A DNA stretch of 64,000 nucleotides, from NCBI RefSeq assembly GCF_035084215.1, contig NC_090340.1:14570001-14634000 (forward strand), in the 5' to 3' direction. Under the pieces are notes generated by a model. The model was not told where the DNA came from. It saw only the letters and a list, made by a program, of their open reading frames with translations, and did not search any database. This DNA is from Heptranchias perlo. Lineage: Eukaryota. Positions 26,043 through 38,044 of the stretch are shown one piece after another. Position 1 is the first letter of the stretch. Each line of letters begins with the position of its first letter. The translations under genes were made by a program, and so were the position numbers.

Positions 26043-29000
26043 GGAACATAGGAAGTATGCTATTTAGCCCGGTGAGCCTCGTCCACCATTCAATGAGATC
26101 GTGGTTGATCTGTGACCGAACTCCATACATCCGCCTGAGCCCCCAATATCTTTAATACCTTCGGTTAACAAAAATCTATCAATCTCAGATTTAAAATTAA
26201 CAATAGGGTACGGTAGCATAGTGGTTATGTTACTGGGCTAGTAATCCAAAGGCCTGGACTAAAATCCAGAGATATGAGTTCAAATCCCGCCACGGCAGCT
26301 GGCGAGTTTAAATTCAATTAATTAAATAAAATCTGGAATTAAAATACTAGTATCAGTAATGATGGCCATGAAACTACTGGATTGTCGTAAAAACCCATCT
26401 GGTTCACTAATGTCCTTTAGAAAAGGAAACCTCCCGCTCTTACCCGGTCTGGCCCATATGTGACTCCAGACCCACAGCAATGTGGTTGATTCTTAATTGC
26501 CCTCTGAAATGGCCGAGCAAGCCACTCAGTTGCAAAATCTCACTACGAAAAGTCATAATAAGAATAAAACCGGACGGACCACCAGGCACCGGACACGACA
26601 ACGGCAAAACACCAAGCCCAGTCGACCCTGCAAGGTCCTCCTTACTAACATCTGGGGACTTGTGCCAAAATTGGGAGAACTGTCCCACAGACTAGTCAAG
26701 CAACAGCCTAACATAGCTATACTTCAGAATCATATCTTTCAGCCAACGTCCCAGACTCTTCCATCACCATCCCTGAGTATGTCCTGTCCCACCGGCAGGA
26801 CAGACACACCAGAGGTGGCGGTACAGTGATATACAGGCAGGAGGGAGTGGCCCTGGGAGTCCTCAACATTGACTCTGGACCCCATGAAATCTCATGGCAT
26901 CAGGTCAAACATGGGCAAGGAAACCTCCTGCTGATTACCACCTACCGTCCTCCCTTCAGCTGATGAATTCAGTCCTCCTCCATGTTGAGCACCACTTGGA
27001 GGAAGCACTGAGGGTAGCAAGGGCACAGAATGTACTCTGAGTGGGGGACTTCAATGTCTATCACCAAGAGTGGCTCAGTAGCACCACTACTGACCGAGCT
27101 GGCCAAGTCCTGAAGGACATAGCTGCCAGACTGGGCCTGCGGCAGGTGGGGAGGGAAAAACTTACTTGACCTCGTCCTCACCAATCTACCTGTCGCAAAG
27201 GCATCTGTCCATGACAGTATTGGTAGGATTGACCACCGCACAGTCCTCGTGGAGATGAAGTCCCGTCTTTGTACTGAGGACACCATCCAACGTGTTGTGT
27301 GGCACTACCACCGTGCCAAATGGGATAGATTCAGAACAGATCTAGCAGCTCAAAACTGGGCATCCATGAGGCGCTGTGGGCCATCAGCAGCAGCAGAATT
27401 GTATTCCAGCACAATCTGTAACCTCATGGCCCGGCATATTCCTCACTACCATTACCAACAAGCCAGGGGATCAACCATGGTTCAATAAGGAGTGCAGAAG
27501 AGCATGCCAGGAGCAGCACCAGGCGTACCTAAAAATGAGGTGCCAACCTAGTGAAGCTACAGCTCAGGACTACATGCATGCTAAACAGTGGAAGCAACAT
27601 GCTATAGACAGAGCGAAGCGATTCCACAACCAACGGATCAGATCAAAGCTCTGCAGTCCTGCCACCTCCAGTCGTGAATGGTGGTGGACAATGAAACAAC
27701 TAACGGGAGGAGGAGGCTCTGCAAACATCCCCATTCTCAATGATGGCGGAGTGCAAAAGACAAGGCTGAAGCGTTTGAAACCATCTTCAGCCAGAAGTGC
27801 CGAGTGGATGATCCATCTCAGCCTCCTCCTGATATCCCCACCATCACGGAAGCCAGTCTTCGGCCAATTCGATTCACTCCACGTGATATCAAGAAACGGC
27901 TGAGTGCACTGGATACAGCAAAGGCTATGGGCCCCGACAACATCCCAGCTTGTAGTGCTGAAGACTTGTGCTCCAGAACTAGCTGCGCCTCTAGCCAAGC
28001 TGTTCCAGTACAGCTACAACACTGGCATCTACCCGACAATGTGGAAAATTGCCCAGGTATGTCCTGTCCACAAAAAGCAGGACAAATCCAATCCGGCCAA
28101 TTACCGCCCCATCAGTCTACTCTCAATCATCAGCAAAGTGATGGAAGGTGTCGTCGACAGTGCTATCAAGCGGCACTTACTCACCAATAACCTGCTCACC
28201 GATGCTCAGTTTGGGTTCCGCCAGGACCACTCAGCTCCAGACCTCATTCCAGCCTTGGTCCAAACATGGACAAAAGAGCTGAATTCCAGAGGTGAGGTGA
28301 GAGTGACTGCCCTTGACATCAAGGCAGCATTTGACCGAGTGTGGCACCAAGGAGCCCTCGTAAAATTGAAGTCAATGGGAATCAGGGGGAAAACTCTCCA
28401 GTGGCTGGAGTCATAACGACCACAAAGGAAGATGGTAGTGGTTGTTGGAGGCCAATCATCTCAGCCCCAGGACATTGCTGCACGAGTTCCTCAGGGCAGT
28501 GTCCTAGGCCCAACCATCTTCAGCTGCTTCATCAATGACCTTCCCTCCATCATAAGGTCAGAAATGGGGATGTTCACTGATGATTGCACAGTGTTCAGTT
28601 CCATTCGCAACCCCTCAAATAATGAAGCAGTCCGAGCCCGCATGCAGCAAGACCTGGACAACATCCAGGCTTGGGCTGATAAGTGGCAAGTAACATTCGT
28701 GCCAGATAAGTGCCAGGCAATGACCATCTCCAACAAGAGAGAGTCTAACCACCTCCCCTTGACATTCAACGGCATTACCATCGCCCAATCCCCCACCATC
28801 AACATCCTGGGGTTCACCATTGACCAGAAACTTAACTGGACCAGCCATATAAATACTGTGGCTACGAGAGCAGGTCAGAGGCTGGGTATTCTGCGGCGAG
28901 TGACTCACCTCCTGACTTCCCAAAGCCTTTCCACCATCTACAAGGCACAAGTCAGGAATGTGATGGAATACTCTCCACTTGCATGGATGAGTGCAGCTCC

Positions 29001-29612
29001 AACAACACTCAAGAAGCTCGACACCATCCAAGATAAAGCAGCCCGCTTGATTAGCACCCCATCCACCACCCTAAACATTCACTCCCTTCACCACCGGCAC
29101 ACAGTGGCTGCACTGTGCACCATCCACAGGATGCACTGCAGCAACTCGCCAAGCTTTCTTCGACAGCACCTCCCAAACCTGCGACCTCTACCACCTAGAA
29201 GGACAAGAGCAGCAGGCGCATGGGAACAACACCACCTGCACGTTCCCCTCCAAGTCACACACCATCCCCACTTGGAAATATATCGCCGTTCCTTCATTGC
29301 CGCTGGGTCAAAACCCTGGAACTCCCTTCCTAACAGAACTGTGGGAGAACCGTCACCACTCGGACTGCAGCGGTTCAAGAAGGCGGCTCACCACCACCTT
29401 CTCGAGGGCAATTAGGGATGTGCAATAAATGCCGGCTTGCCAGTGACGCCCACATCCCGTGAACGAATAAAAAAAAAATTGAACGAGCATCAACTGCCAT
29501 TTGCAGAAGAGCGTTCCAAACTTCTACCATCCTTCATGTGTAGAAGCATTTACTGACTTCACCCCTGCAAGTCCTGGCTCTAATTTTTAGTCTACGCCCC
29601 CTGGTCCAAGTG
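26043..29612 (-). mobile_element. CR1 3'-tail fragment split by the 26205-29478 insertion
   Basis: 26043-26204 (...gatttaaaattaacaat) continues at ~29477 (aattgaacgagcatcaactg...) as one CR1 tail. Confidence 0.7.
26205..29478 (+). mobile_element. Apparently full-length ~3.3-kb single-ORF LINE (APE endonuclease + RT, CR1/L2 group) with tRNA-like 5' head
   Basis: A-box-like gtagcatagtgg and B-box-like gagttcaaatcc at 26213-26290. APE motifs (VLLTNIWGL, GDFNV, LDLVLTN, DH) from ~26630, then RT (LDIKAAFDRVWH, VPQGSVLGP, FTDD). A-tail at the 3' end; a few frameshifts and stops. Confidence 0.9.
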
Positions 29613-29837
29613 TTCAAATATAGGAGACCTCCAAAAACAGGTACAAATGCATCAGTAGCCAGAAGCAATAATACTTTACATGCTGCCTGGGTTCAGGCCG
29701 CGCAAACGCTTTCACCAAGGTGACGTCAGGTGCACGTCATGCTGGTCGTGTCCACGTGGATTACGGACGCCATTTTGGGTCCTTAGGAGGTCCTGTGGCT
29801 GTTGCACAACCAGCGCTAAGTGGTCCAATTGATAGCC

Positions 29838-30805
29838 CTATATTCGGTTGAACCTTAGGAGGTTGGCAAAACAGTTTCTGCGAACGTTTTACTTATTGGA
29901 GATGAGTAAGGTGACAATATTGTGAGTTCCAACATCCAGTTTGTTGGGTGAATCCATTGATCAGCACGCTGGCTTTCCAATCCATGACGCGAATGAGCCA
30001 ATCATTATATGAGAATTAATTAATCATCAAGGAGTGAAATGGGGCAGACGGAACATCTAAAATGGGCAAAGTGCCGTGTATATAGCGGGGCAGGCGTGTA
30101 TACATTTCCAGCCTGTTTTTAAATTATATTTGGAATTTGTTGCGAAGCTTTCGCCATCAGACATCACATGCATAAAATTTTAAGTTGAATCCAGGAGCGG
30201 GTTGTGTAGCAATGATTATATTTACATTAAGCCACCAGCAAAATACTAATCTACAAGTCTACCGGGACGGAGAGAGCCAAGATGTGCTCCCATTGACATT
30301 CCGAGTTGGATATTGTCAATAAGTATCCACAGCCACGATTAATTTGCCATGCGTGTTTTGGTCGGTATCCTTGCTTCTATGCATGTATCTGCTATCTGCG
30401 CATTGTCTTTTCAACCGTCTTGTGCATAATCATAGACAGTGTATTCCTTAAGGGGAATGCAAACATGTCGACGCTTCAGCACTGTCTTACCTCCCTTCAG
30501 TGTTGTAACCGGAAATACCTCTCCACTTACTACTGTTGCCTAGCTTCCCCTTGTTATAATGCAGAACTGCTGGTTGGAGGCAGTGTGGCAGCAGGAATTC
30601 CGAATGTAAGTGCCTCTCCTGTGACATCACGAATGGGGGTGTCTTGCCTCTGCTCAGTGTCCTGATGTGATTAAAGCGAGATGGCAAGATGGCACTTTGG
30701 AAGTTCTTTGCAAAATCTTTCCCTTTATCACCTCCAAACTGCAGTTCTATGGTGTAAAACATTATGATAGGAATAACTTAAATGAGTAACATTTCTCACA
30801 AAATT
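29838..30805 (-). repeat. Inverted piece of the gene unit (intron-2 part plus upstream flank) belonging to copy C
   Basis: 29838-~30170 is the reverse complement of ~19030-19396; 30500-30805 is the reverse complement of ~39915-40210. Confidence 0.75.
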
Positions 30806-30814
30806 ATTACAATT

Positions 30815-31672
30815 ATGGGGAAATTGAAAAAAAAAAGTGCTTTATTGGATTGGAAGGTAGCAACTGTAACCCTGATAGTCAAGAAAGGAGGGAGAGAGAA
30901 AAGAGGGACCCATAGGCCAGTTAGCCTGACATCAGCAGCAGGGAAAATGCAAGAATCTATTATTAAGGATGTAGTAACAGGACACTTAGAAAATCATTAT
31001 ATGATTCGGCAGAGTCAACACGTTTTAAATTGGAAATCGTGTTTGACAGATCTATTAGAGTTTCTTGAAGGTGTAACTAGCAGGGTAGGTAAGGAGGAAC
31101 CAGTGGATGTAGTATATTTGAATTTTCAAAAAGCAAGCAATAAGGTGCCACATAAGAGGTTTTTATACAATATGAGAGTACATGGGATTGGATGTAATAT
31201 ATTAGCATGGATTGAGGATTGATTAACGGACAGAAAACAGAGAGTGGGAATAAACGGATCATTTTTAGGTTGGCAGGTTGTAACTAGTGGGGTGCTGCAG
31301 GGATAGGTGCTTGGGCCTCAACTATTTACAATCAATATTAATGACTTAGGTGGGGGGACCGAGTGTAATGTACCCAAGTTTGCTGATGATACAAAGATAG
31401 GTGGGAAAGTAAGCTGTCAGGAGGATGCAAAGAGTCTACAAAGGGATATGGACAGCTTAAGTGAGTGGGCAGGGAGGTGGCAGTTGGAGTATAACGTTGG
31501 AAAATGTGAGGTTATTCACTTTGGTAGGAAAAATAAAAAAAATGAATATTTTTCAACGGTGAGAAAGGATTAAATGTTGGTGTTCAGAGGGATTTGGGTG
31601 TCCTTGTACAGGAAGCACAAAAAAGTGAACATGCAGATAGAGCAAGCAATTAGGAAAGGAAGTGGTATGTTT
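30815..31672 (+). mobile_element. CR1-clade LINE RT fragment
   Basis: ORFs 30782-31222 and 31307-31573 with RT motifs; ends at QAIRKGSGM. Confidence 0.88.
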
Positions 31673-32330
31673 TGCCGATCTTCTCTAAAAGTCAAGTACC
31701 CTGGAATATTTAGTTCCCAACCTTGGTCACCCTGCAACCACGTCTCAGTAATGGCTACTCGATCAAACCCATTGATCTCTATTTGTGCCATTAATTCATC
31801 TAGCTTGTTATGAATGCTTTATGCATTTCAGATGCAGAACCTTTAAGTTTAACCTTTTACTTTTCCCCCGGATGTCAATAATACCTTTTTATCTTTGTTA
31901 AACTCTCTGTACCTTCCTGACACACTCTGCTTGTTTTTACCCAAATCGCTACTCTGCTCTACAGCCTTGACTTTTCTTTCTGGCTTATAAATTTAAAATT
32001 ACCCTTACGTGACCTCCCCCCCCCCGCCCCGCCACACACACTTTATTATTTTATAGCCCTATCTACCGCCCTAGTTATTCAATTCGGCAGGACACTGGTC
32101 CCAGCACAGTTTAAGTGGAGCCCGTTCCAACGGAACAGCTCCCTCCTTCCCCAGCACTGGGGGCAGTGCCCATGATTTGAAACCCCTGCTTCTCACACCA
32201 CTCTTTCAGCCACGCAATTAACCCTCTAATCTGATTGTCCCTATGCCAATTTACGCATGGATCAGGTAGTAATCCAGAGATTATTATCTTTGAGGTTCTG
32301 CGTCCAGATTCCAGGGTTATCGAATTTAAC
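31673..32330 (-). mobile_element. CR1-clade LINE 5' fragment (end of ORF1 plus start of endonuclease)
   Basis: IIISGLLP...LIAWLKEWCEKQGF (CR1 ORF1 esterase-like) and DRVAITETWL...WELNIPGY (APE start). Confidence 0.8.
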
Positions 32331-32828
32331 TCCTGTAGTTTCTTATAGCAAATGTTATGCTTACGCTGTGAGATCTGTCCGATACCTACTAATGCCCTCG
32401 TTTTATTGTCGATAATGTGTGGATTACTCGTCACTGTCTATCTGTGTGTATCAACCGTGGAAGAACCAGGCGCGCCATCTTTTCCCCAGTGTTCGATCAT
32501 TTAATTCTTTTTGGAATATGGAGCGCAGGCATTTATGAGAAATCATGTAATGGGTCTGTTTGAAAATTGCGATTAAAGTTGAATAATTTAAAGGCTTGGG
32601 CTCAATAATAACACAAGGTGCATCACAGGTGGAATTGAACAGGGGCCGGTGACCATGAGAGATATTGCTGAGGTTTGCGTAGATGACGTGCGTAACATTA
32701 AAAAGACAGGATAATGGCTTTCTAATGGTGCTACTACAATACAATAGTTCGAAGATAAATCATAGTGATGTTTGGTATCACCCAATGCTACCCAGTAATC
32801 TGATTTTGCTCCATTCTCTGTTCCGCAG

Positions 32829-33138
32829 CTGCCCCAACTCCGCTGAAGATTCTCTCCAGGACACCCGACAGCAATTGATCTGTATCTCTGACTTGTGTGT
32901 GAAAGGGCTGAGATTCATCCGAGAAATTCCACCCTCCCTTGGAATTAAAATGGCATCGTAACTGCGATAGGAATACAAAACATTCAATGGCAGATCACTG
33001 AGTGGCTGTATGACGTTTCCGGCTCTTTGGAACAAACGCAGCCTGTGCCGAGCGGCGCCAGTTATACCTGTTTGATATCTCATATGTCGCTCGAGACTCC
33101 ACCTGTGGTCACCAACACGGTTACTAATTCTAACAAAG
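32829..33138 (+). pseudogene. IgSF receptor copy C: decayed C1 exon
   Basis: ttccgcag|ctgccccaactccgctgaag matches copies B and D; TGA at 32876-32878, frameshifts, YTCLISHMSL retained, aaag|gtac donor. Flanking intron homology spans 32335-35490. No leader, V, TM or tail exons found. Confidence 0.88.
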
Positions 33139-33221
33139 GTACAAGGCCAACAGTCCAAGGAGAGCCAGCTACTGTTAAATTCTTAAAGAGATATTTCATA
33201 AAGTTCGCTCATATTAATAAT

Positions 33222-34774
33222 AAGACCATAAGACCATAAGAGATAGGAGCAGGAGTAGGCCATTCGGCCCCTCGAGCCTGCTCCGCCATTTAATGAGATC
33301 ATGGCTGATCTGATTTTTACCTCAACTCCACTTTCCCGCCTTTTCCCCATATCATTTGACTCCCTTGTTGATCAAAAATTTGTCGAACTCAGCCTTGAAT
33401 GCATTCAATGACTCAGCCTCCACAGCTTTTTGGTGTAAAGAATTTCAAAGATTCACGACCCTCTGGGAGAAGAAATTCCTCCTCATTTCCATCTTAAACG
33501 GGCGACCCCTTATTCTGAGACTATGTCCCCTAGTTTTAGATTCCCCATGAGGAGCAACATTCTCTCAGCATCTACCCTATCGAGTCCCCTCAGAATCTTG
33601 TATGTTTCAACAAGATCTCCTCTCATTCTTCTAAACTCCAATGAGTATCGACCCAACCTGTTCAATCTTTCCTCATAAGACAACTCTTCCATACCCTGAA
33701 TTAACCGAGTGAACCTTCTCTGAACTGCCTTCAATGCAAGTATGTCCTTCCTTAAATAAGGGCACCAGAACTGTATGCAGTACTTCAGGTATGGTCTCAC
33801 CAGCACCCTGTACATTTGTAGCATGATTTCCCTGCTTTTATACTCCATCCCCCGAGAAATAAAGGCCTTCCGGATTACCTGCTGCACCTGTATGTTGACT
33901 TTTTGTGTTTCATGTACGAGGACAGCCAGATCCCTCTGTACCACAGCATTTTGTAGTATTTCTCCATTCAAATAATATTTTGCTTTTTTATTTTTCCTCC
34001 CAAAGTGGATGACTTCATATTTTCCCACATTATATTCCATCTGCCAAATGTTTGCCCATTCGCTTAACCTGTCAATATCCTTTTGCAGACACTTTGTGTC
34101 CTCATCGCAACTTGCTTTTCCACCTATCTTTGTATCATCCGCAAATTTGGCCACAAGACACTCTGTTCCTTCATCCAAGCCATTGATATATATTGTAAAT
34201 AGTTGAGGCCCCAGCACTGATCCCCGCGGCACCCCATTAGTTACAGATTGCCATTTTAAAAATGACCCTTTTATCCGGACTCTTTGTTTTCTGTTCGTTA
34301 GCCAATCCTCTATCCATGCCAGTATATTACCCCAACACCATGAGCTCTTATCTTGTGCACTAATCTTTTATGTGGCACCTTATCGAATGCCTTTAGGAAA
34401 TCCAAATATACTACATCCATTGGTTCCCCATTATCCACCATGCCCGTTCCTTCCTCAAAGCACATGATTTCCCCTTCATAAAACCATGTTGACTCTCCTT
34501 GATTGTATTATGAGTCTCCAAATATCCTGCTACTACTTCCTTAATAATGGATTCTAGCATTTTCCCAATGACAGATGTTAGGCTAACTGGTCTATAGTTA
34601 CCTGCTTTCTGTCTCAGAATCTAGTGAAGTCTGGAAGATTACAACCAATACACCCACTCTCTCTGTGGCCACTTTCTTTAAGACCCTCGGAAGCAAGCCA
34701 TTAGATCCAGGGGTCTTGTCAGCCTTTAGACCCATTAGTTTACCTCGTACTTTTTCTCTAGTGATAGTGATAGT
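33222..34774 (-). mobile_element. CR1-clade LINE inserted in copy C intron 3
   Basis: (taagacca)n tail; 240-aa RT ORF; host sequence catattaataat|catgaag is split with a possible ataat duplication. Confidence 0.9.
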
Positions 34775-35202
34775 GATAATCATGAAGATAGTTCACGGAA
34801 AACTCATGGAAAATATCAACAAAAATATAAAATTCATATTTTAATGTAAAATATAATTGACAATCGGTAGTAAAACCTGAAGTTATATCATCCGCTGCAC
34901 AAATATTCTCAGCCAAACTTTATTAGCTTTCAAATTCCTGTATTTGATGTAAAAGCAAGAGGTTTATCTTTGTTATCTAATTATATTTCATATTCTGCTT
35001 ATTATTAATCACTTTATTTTTTGTTCCCATCATCAAATGGTTTTATTCGTTATTATTATCTAGCTTTCCTGCCACAGGATTACCAGGAGCTACATTCAAG
35101 TTGTCGGCTCTCGAGTTTCTCCCAATGCAGTTCCCGATCCTGACCACCATTTTTGGCCACTCCTCGTGAAGAGTTGTGAAATTAACTCTCTGGCCAACTA
35201 GT

Positions 35203-35373
35203 TCTTTTTTATTCGTTCATGGGATGTGGGCGTCGCTGGCGAGGACAGCATTTATTGCTCATCCCTAATTGCCCTTGAGAAAGTGGTGGTGAGCCGCCTT
35301 CTTGAACCGCTGCAGTCCGTGTGGTGAAGGTTCTCCCACAGCGCTGTTCGGAAGGGAGTTCCAGGATTTTGAC
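35203..35373 (-). mobile_element. Short 3' fragment of the tRNA-headed LINE family
   Basis: Matches 8662-8835; absent at the paralogous site near 42740. Confidence 0.85.
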
Positions 35374-35499
35374 CCCTCACCCCTCCATGGCACAGCGGTT
35401 TGGAGTTGAACCTGTCTCATACATTTCATTTAAACGGTTCCCACAACCTGGCTCCAATTCAGCCGGTTACATCGTTTTCGTAACAATGAATGAATAAAA

Positions 35500-38043
35500 A
35501 ATATCAGTCTGGGTGGAGTTAAGAATCACCAAGGGGCAGAAAACACTGGTGGGAGTTGTCTATAGGCTTCCAAACAGTCGTGGCAATGTAGGGGATGGCA
35601 TCAAACAGGAAATTAGAGATGCATGTAGCAAGGGTACTGCAGTAATCAGCATAGACTGGCTAAACCAAATTAGCAATAATACTGTGGAGGATGAATTCCT
35701 GGAGTATGGATGAGATTTCTTTTAGACCAGTACATTGAGGAGCCAACCAGGGAACAGGCTATGTTAGATTGGGTATTGTGCACTGAGAAGGGCTTATTAA
35801 TAATCTTGTTTTGCAGGGTCCTTTAGGGAAGAGTGACCATAACATGGTAGAATTCTTCATTGAGATGGAAAGTGAAGTAGTCCCATCCGAAACTAGGGTC
35901 CTATATCCAAACAAAGGAAACTACGAAGGTATGAGGAGTGAGTTGGCTATGATAGATTTGGAAGCTTCATTAAAAAAATGACAGTGGATAGGCAATGGCT
36001 AACATTTAAGGAACAAACGCATGAATTACAATAATTATACATTCTTTTCTAGTGCAAAAACGCAAGAGGACAAGCGGCCCAACCATGGCTAACAAAAGAA
36101 ATTAAGGATAGTATTAGATCCAAAGAGGAGTCATATGAGCCAGAAAAGTAGCAAGCCTGAGGATTGGGAGCACTTTAGAATTCAGCAAAAAAGGACCAAG
36201 AGATTGATTAAGAGAGGAAAAATAGAGTATGACGAAGGAAAATAAAAGTGGACTGTAAAAGCTTCTACAAGTCTGTAAAAAGATAAAGATTAGTGAAGAC
36301 AAATTTAGGTCCCTTACAGTCAGAGAGATTTTATAATGGGGTACACGGAAATGGTAGAGCAATTAAACAAATACTTTGGTTCTGTCTTCACAGAAGAGGA
36401 CACAAATAACTTCCCAGAAATGTTAGGGAACCAAAGGTCCAGTGAGAATGAGGAATTAAAGAAAATTAGTATCAGTAAAAAAATAGTGCTGGAGAAATTA
36501 ATGGGACTGGAAGCCGATAAATCCCCAGGGCCCGATAATCTGCATCCCAGAGCACTAAGAGAGGTAGCCATGGAAATAGTGGATGCATTGTTTGTCATCT
36601 TCCAAAATTCTATAGATTATGGAACAGTTCCTGCAGATTGGAGTGTGGCAAATTAACCCCACTATTTAAAAAAGGAGGGAGAGAGAAAACAGGGAACTAC
36701 AGACCGGTTAGTCTAACATCAGTAGTAGGGGAAATGCTGGAGTTTATTTCCAAAGAATGTGATAACAGGACAAGTAGAAAATATCAACGGGATTGGACAA
36801 AGTCAACATTGATTTATGAAGGGGAAGTCATGTTTGGCAAACCTACTGGAGTTTTTTGAGGATGTTTCTGGTAGAATAAATAAGGGAGAACCAGTGGATG
36901 TGGTTTATTTGGATTTTCAGAAGGCCTTTGATAAAGTCCCACATAAGAGGTTAGTATGCAAAATTAAAGCACATGGGATTGGTGGTAATATACTGGCATG
37001 GATTGAAAATTGGTTAACAGACAGGAAACAGATAGTAGGAATAAATGGATCTTTTTCGCGGTGGCACAGTTCAGTGCTGGGGCCGCAGCTATACACAATA
37101 TATATCAATGATTTGGATGAGGGAACCAAATGTAATAGTTCCAAGTTTGCTGATGACACAAAACTAGGTGGGATCGTGAGTTGTGAGGAGGATGCAAAGA
37201 GGCTTCAAGGCGATTTAGACAAGTTGAGTGAGTGGGCAAATACATGGCAGATGCAGTATAATGTGGATAAATGTGAAGTTATACACTTTGGAGGAAAAAC
37301 AGAAAGGCAGCGTATTATGTAAATGATGATAGACTGGGAAATGTCATGTACAAAGGGACCTGGGTGTCTTTGTACACCAGTCACTGAAAGCAAACATGCA
37401 GGTGCAGGAAGCAGTTAGGAAGGCAAATGGTATGTTGACCTTCATTGCAAGAGGATTTGAGTACAGGAGCAAGGATGCCTTACTACAGTTATTCAGGGCC
37501 TTGGTGAGACCACATCTGGTGTATTGTGTGCAGATTTGGTCTCCTTACCTAAGAAAGGATATACTTGCCATAGAGGGAGTACAGCGAAGGTTCACCAGAC
37601 TGATCCCTGGGATGGCAGGAGAGATTGGGTCGACTCAGCCTGTATTCACTCGAGTTGAGAAGAATGAGGGGGGATCTCATTGAAACATATAATTCTGACA
37701 GGTGTAGACAGACTGGATGCAGGGAGGATGTTTCTCCTGGCTAGGGGTTCCAGAGTGAGGGGTCACAGTCTCAGTCTTTAGGACTGAGATGAGGAGAAAT
37801 TCCTTCACTCAGAGGGTGGTGAACCTGTGGAATTCTCTACCACAGAATGCTGTGGAGGCCAAGTCACTGAATATATTTAAGAAGGATATAGATAGATTTC
37901 TAGACACAAAAGCATCAAGGTGTATGGGGGGAGAGCGGGAATATGGTATTGAGATAGAGGATCAGCCATGATCATATTGAATAGCGCAGCAGGCTCGAAG
38001 GGCCGAATGGCCTACTCCACCTCTTATTTTCTATGTTTCTATA
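35500..38043 (+). mobile_element. CR1-clade LINE ORF2, decayed
   Basis: Endonuclease (LVGVVYRLPNS) through RT (DFQKAFDKVPH, FADDTKL) to a ttctatgtttctat tail. Confidence 0.9.
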
Positions 38044-38044
38044 T

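Larger units (their letters stand above)
25005..29838. mobile_element. Harbinger-derived relic hosting nested retroelements
   Basis: Myb/SANT-like remnant (QWESVGDTIN...WMQCRTKFNALTR, ~25490-25600); right end aattgatagccc resembles the GGGC-type TIR seen at 2171/3950; left TIR not found. Confidence 0.55.

Noticed and set aside
26205-26295. Stand-alone tRNA gene
   Set aside because: It has A/B boxes but is the head of a retroelement and has no T-run terminator directly after it.
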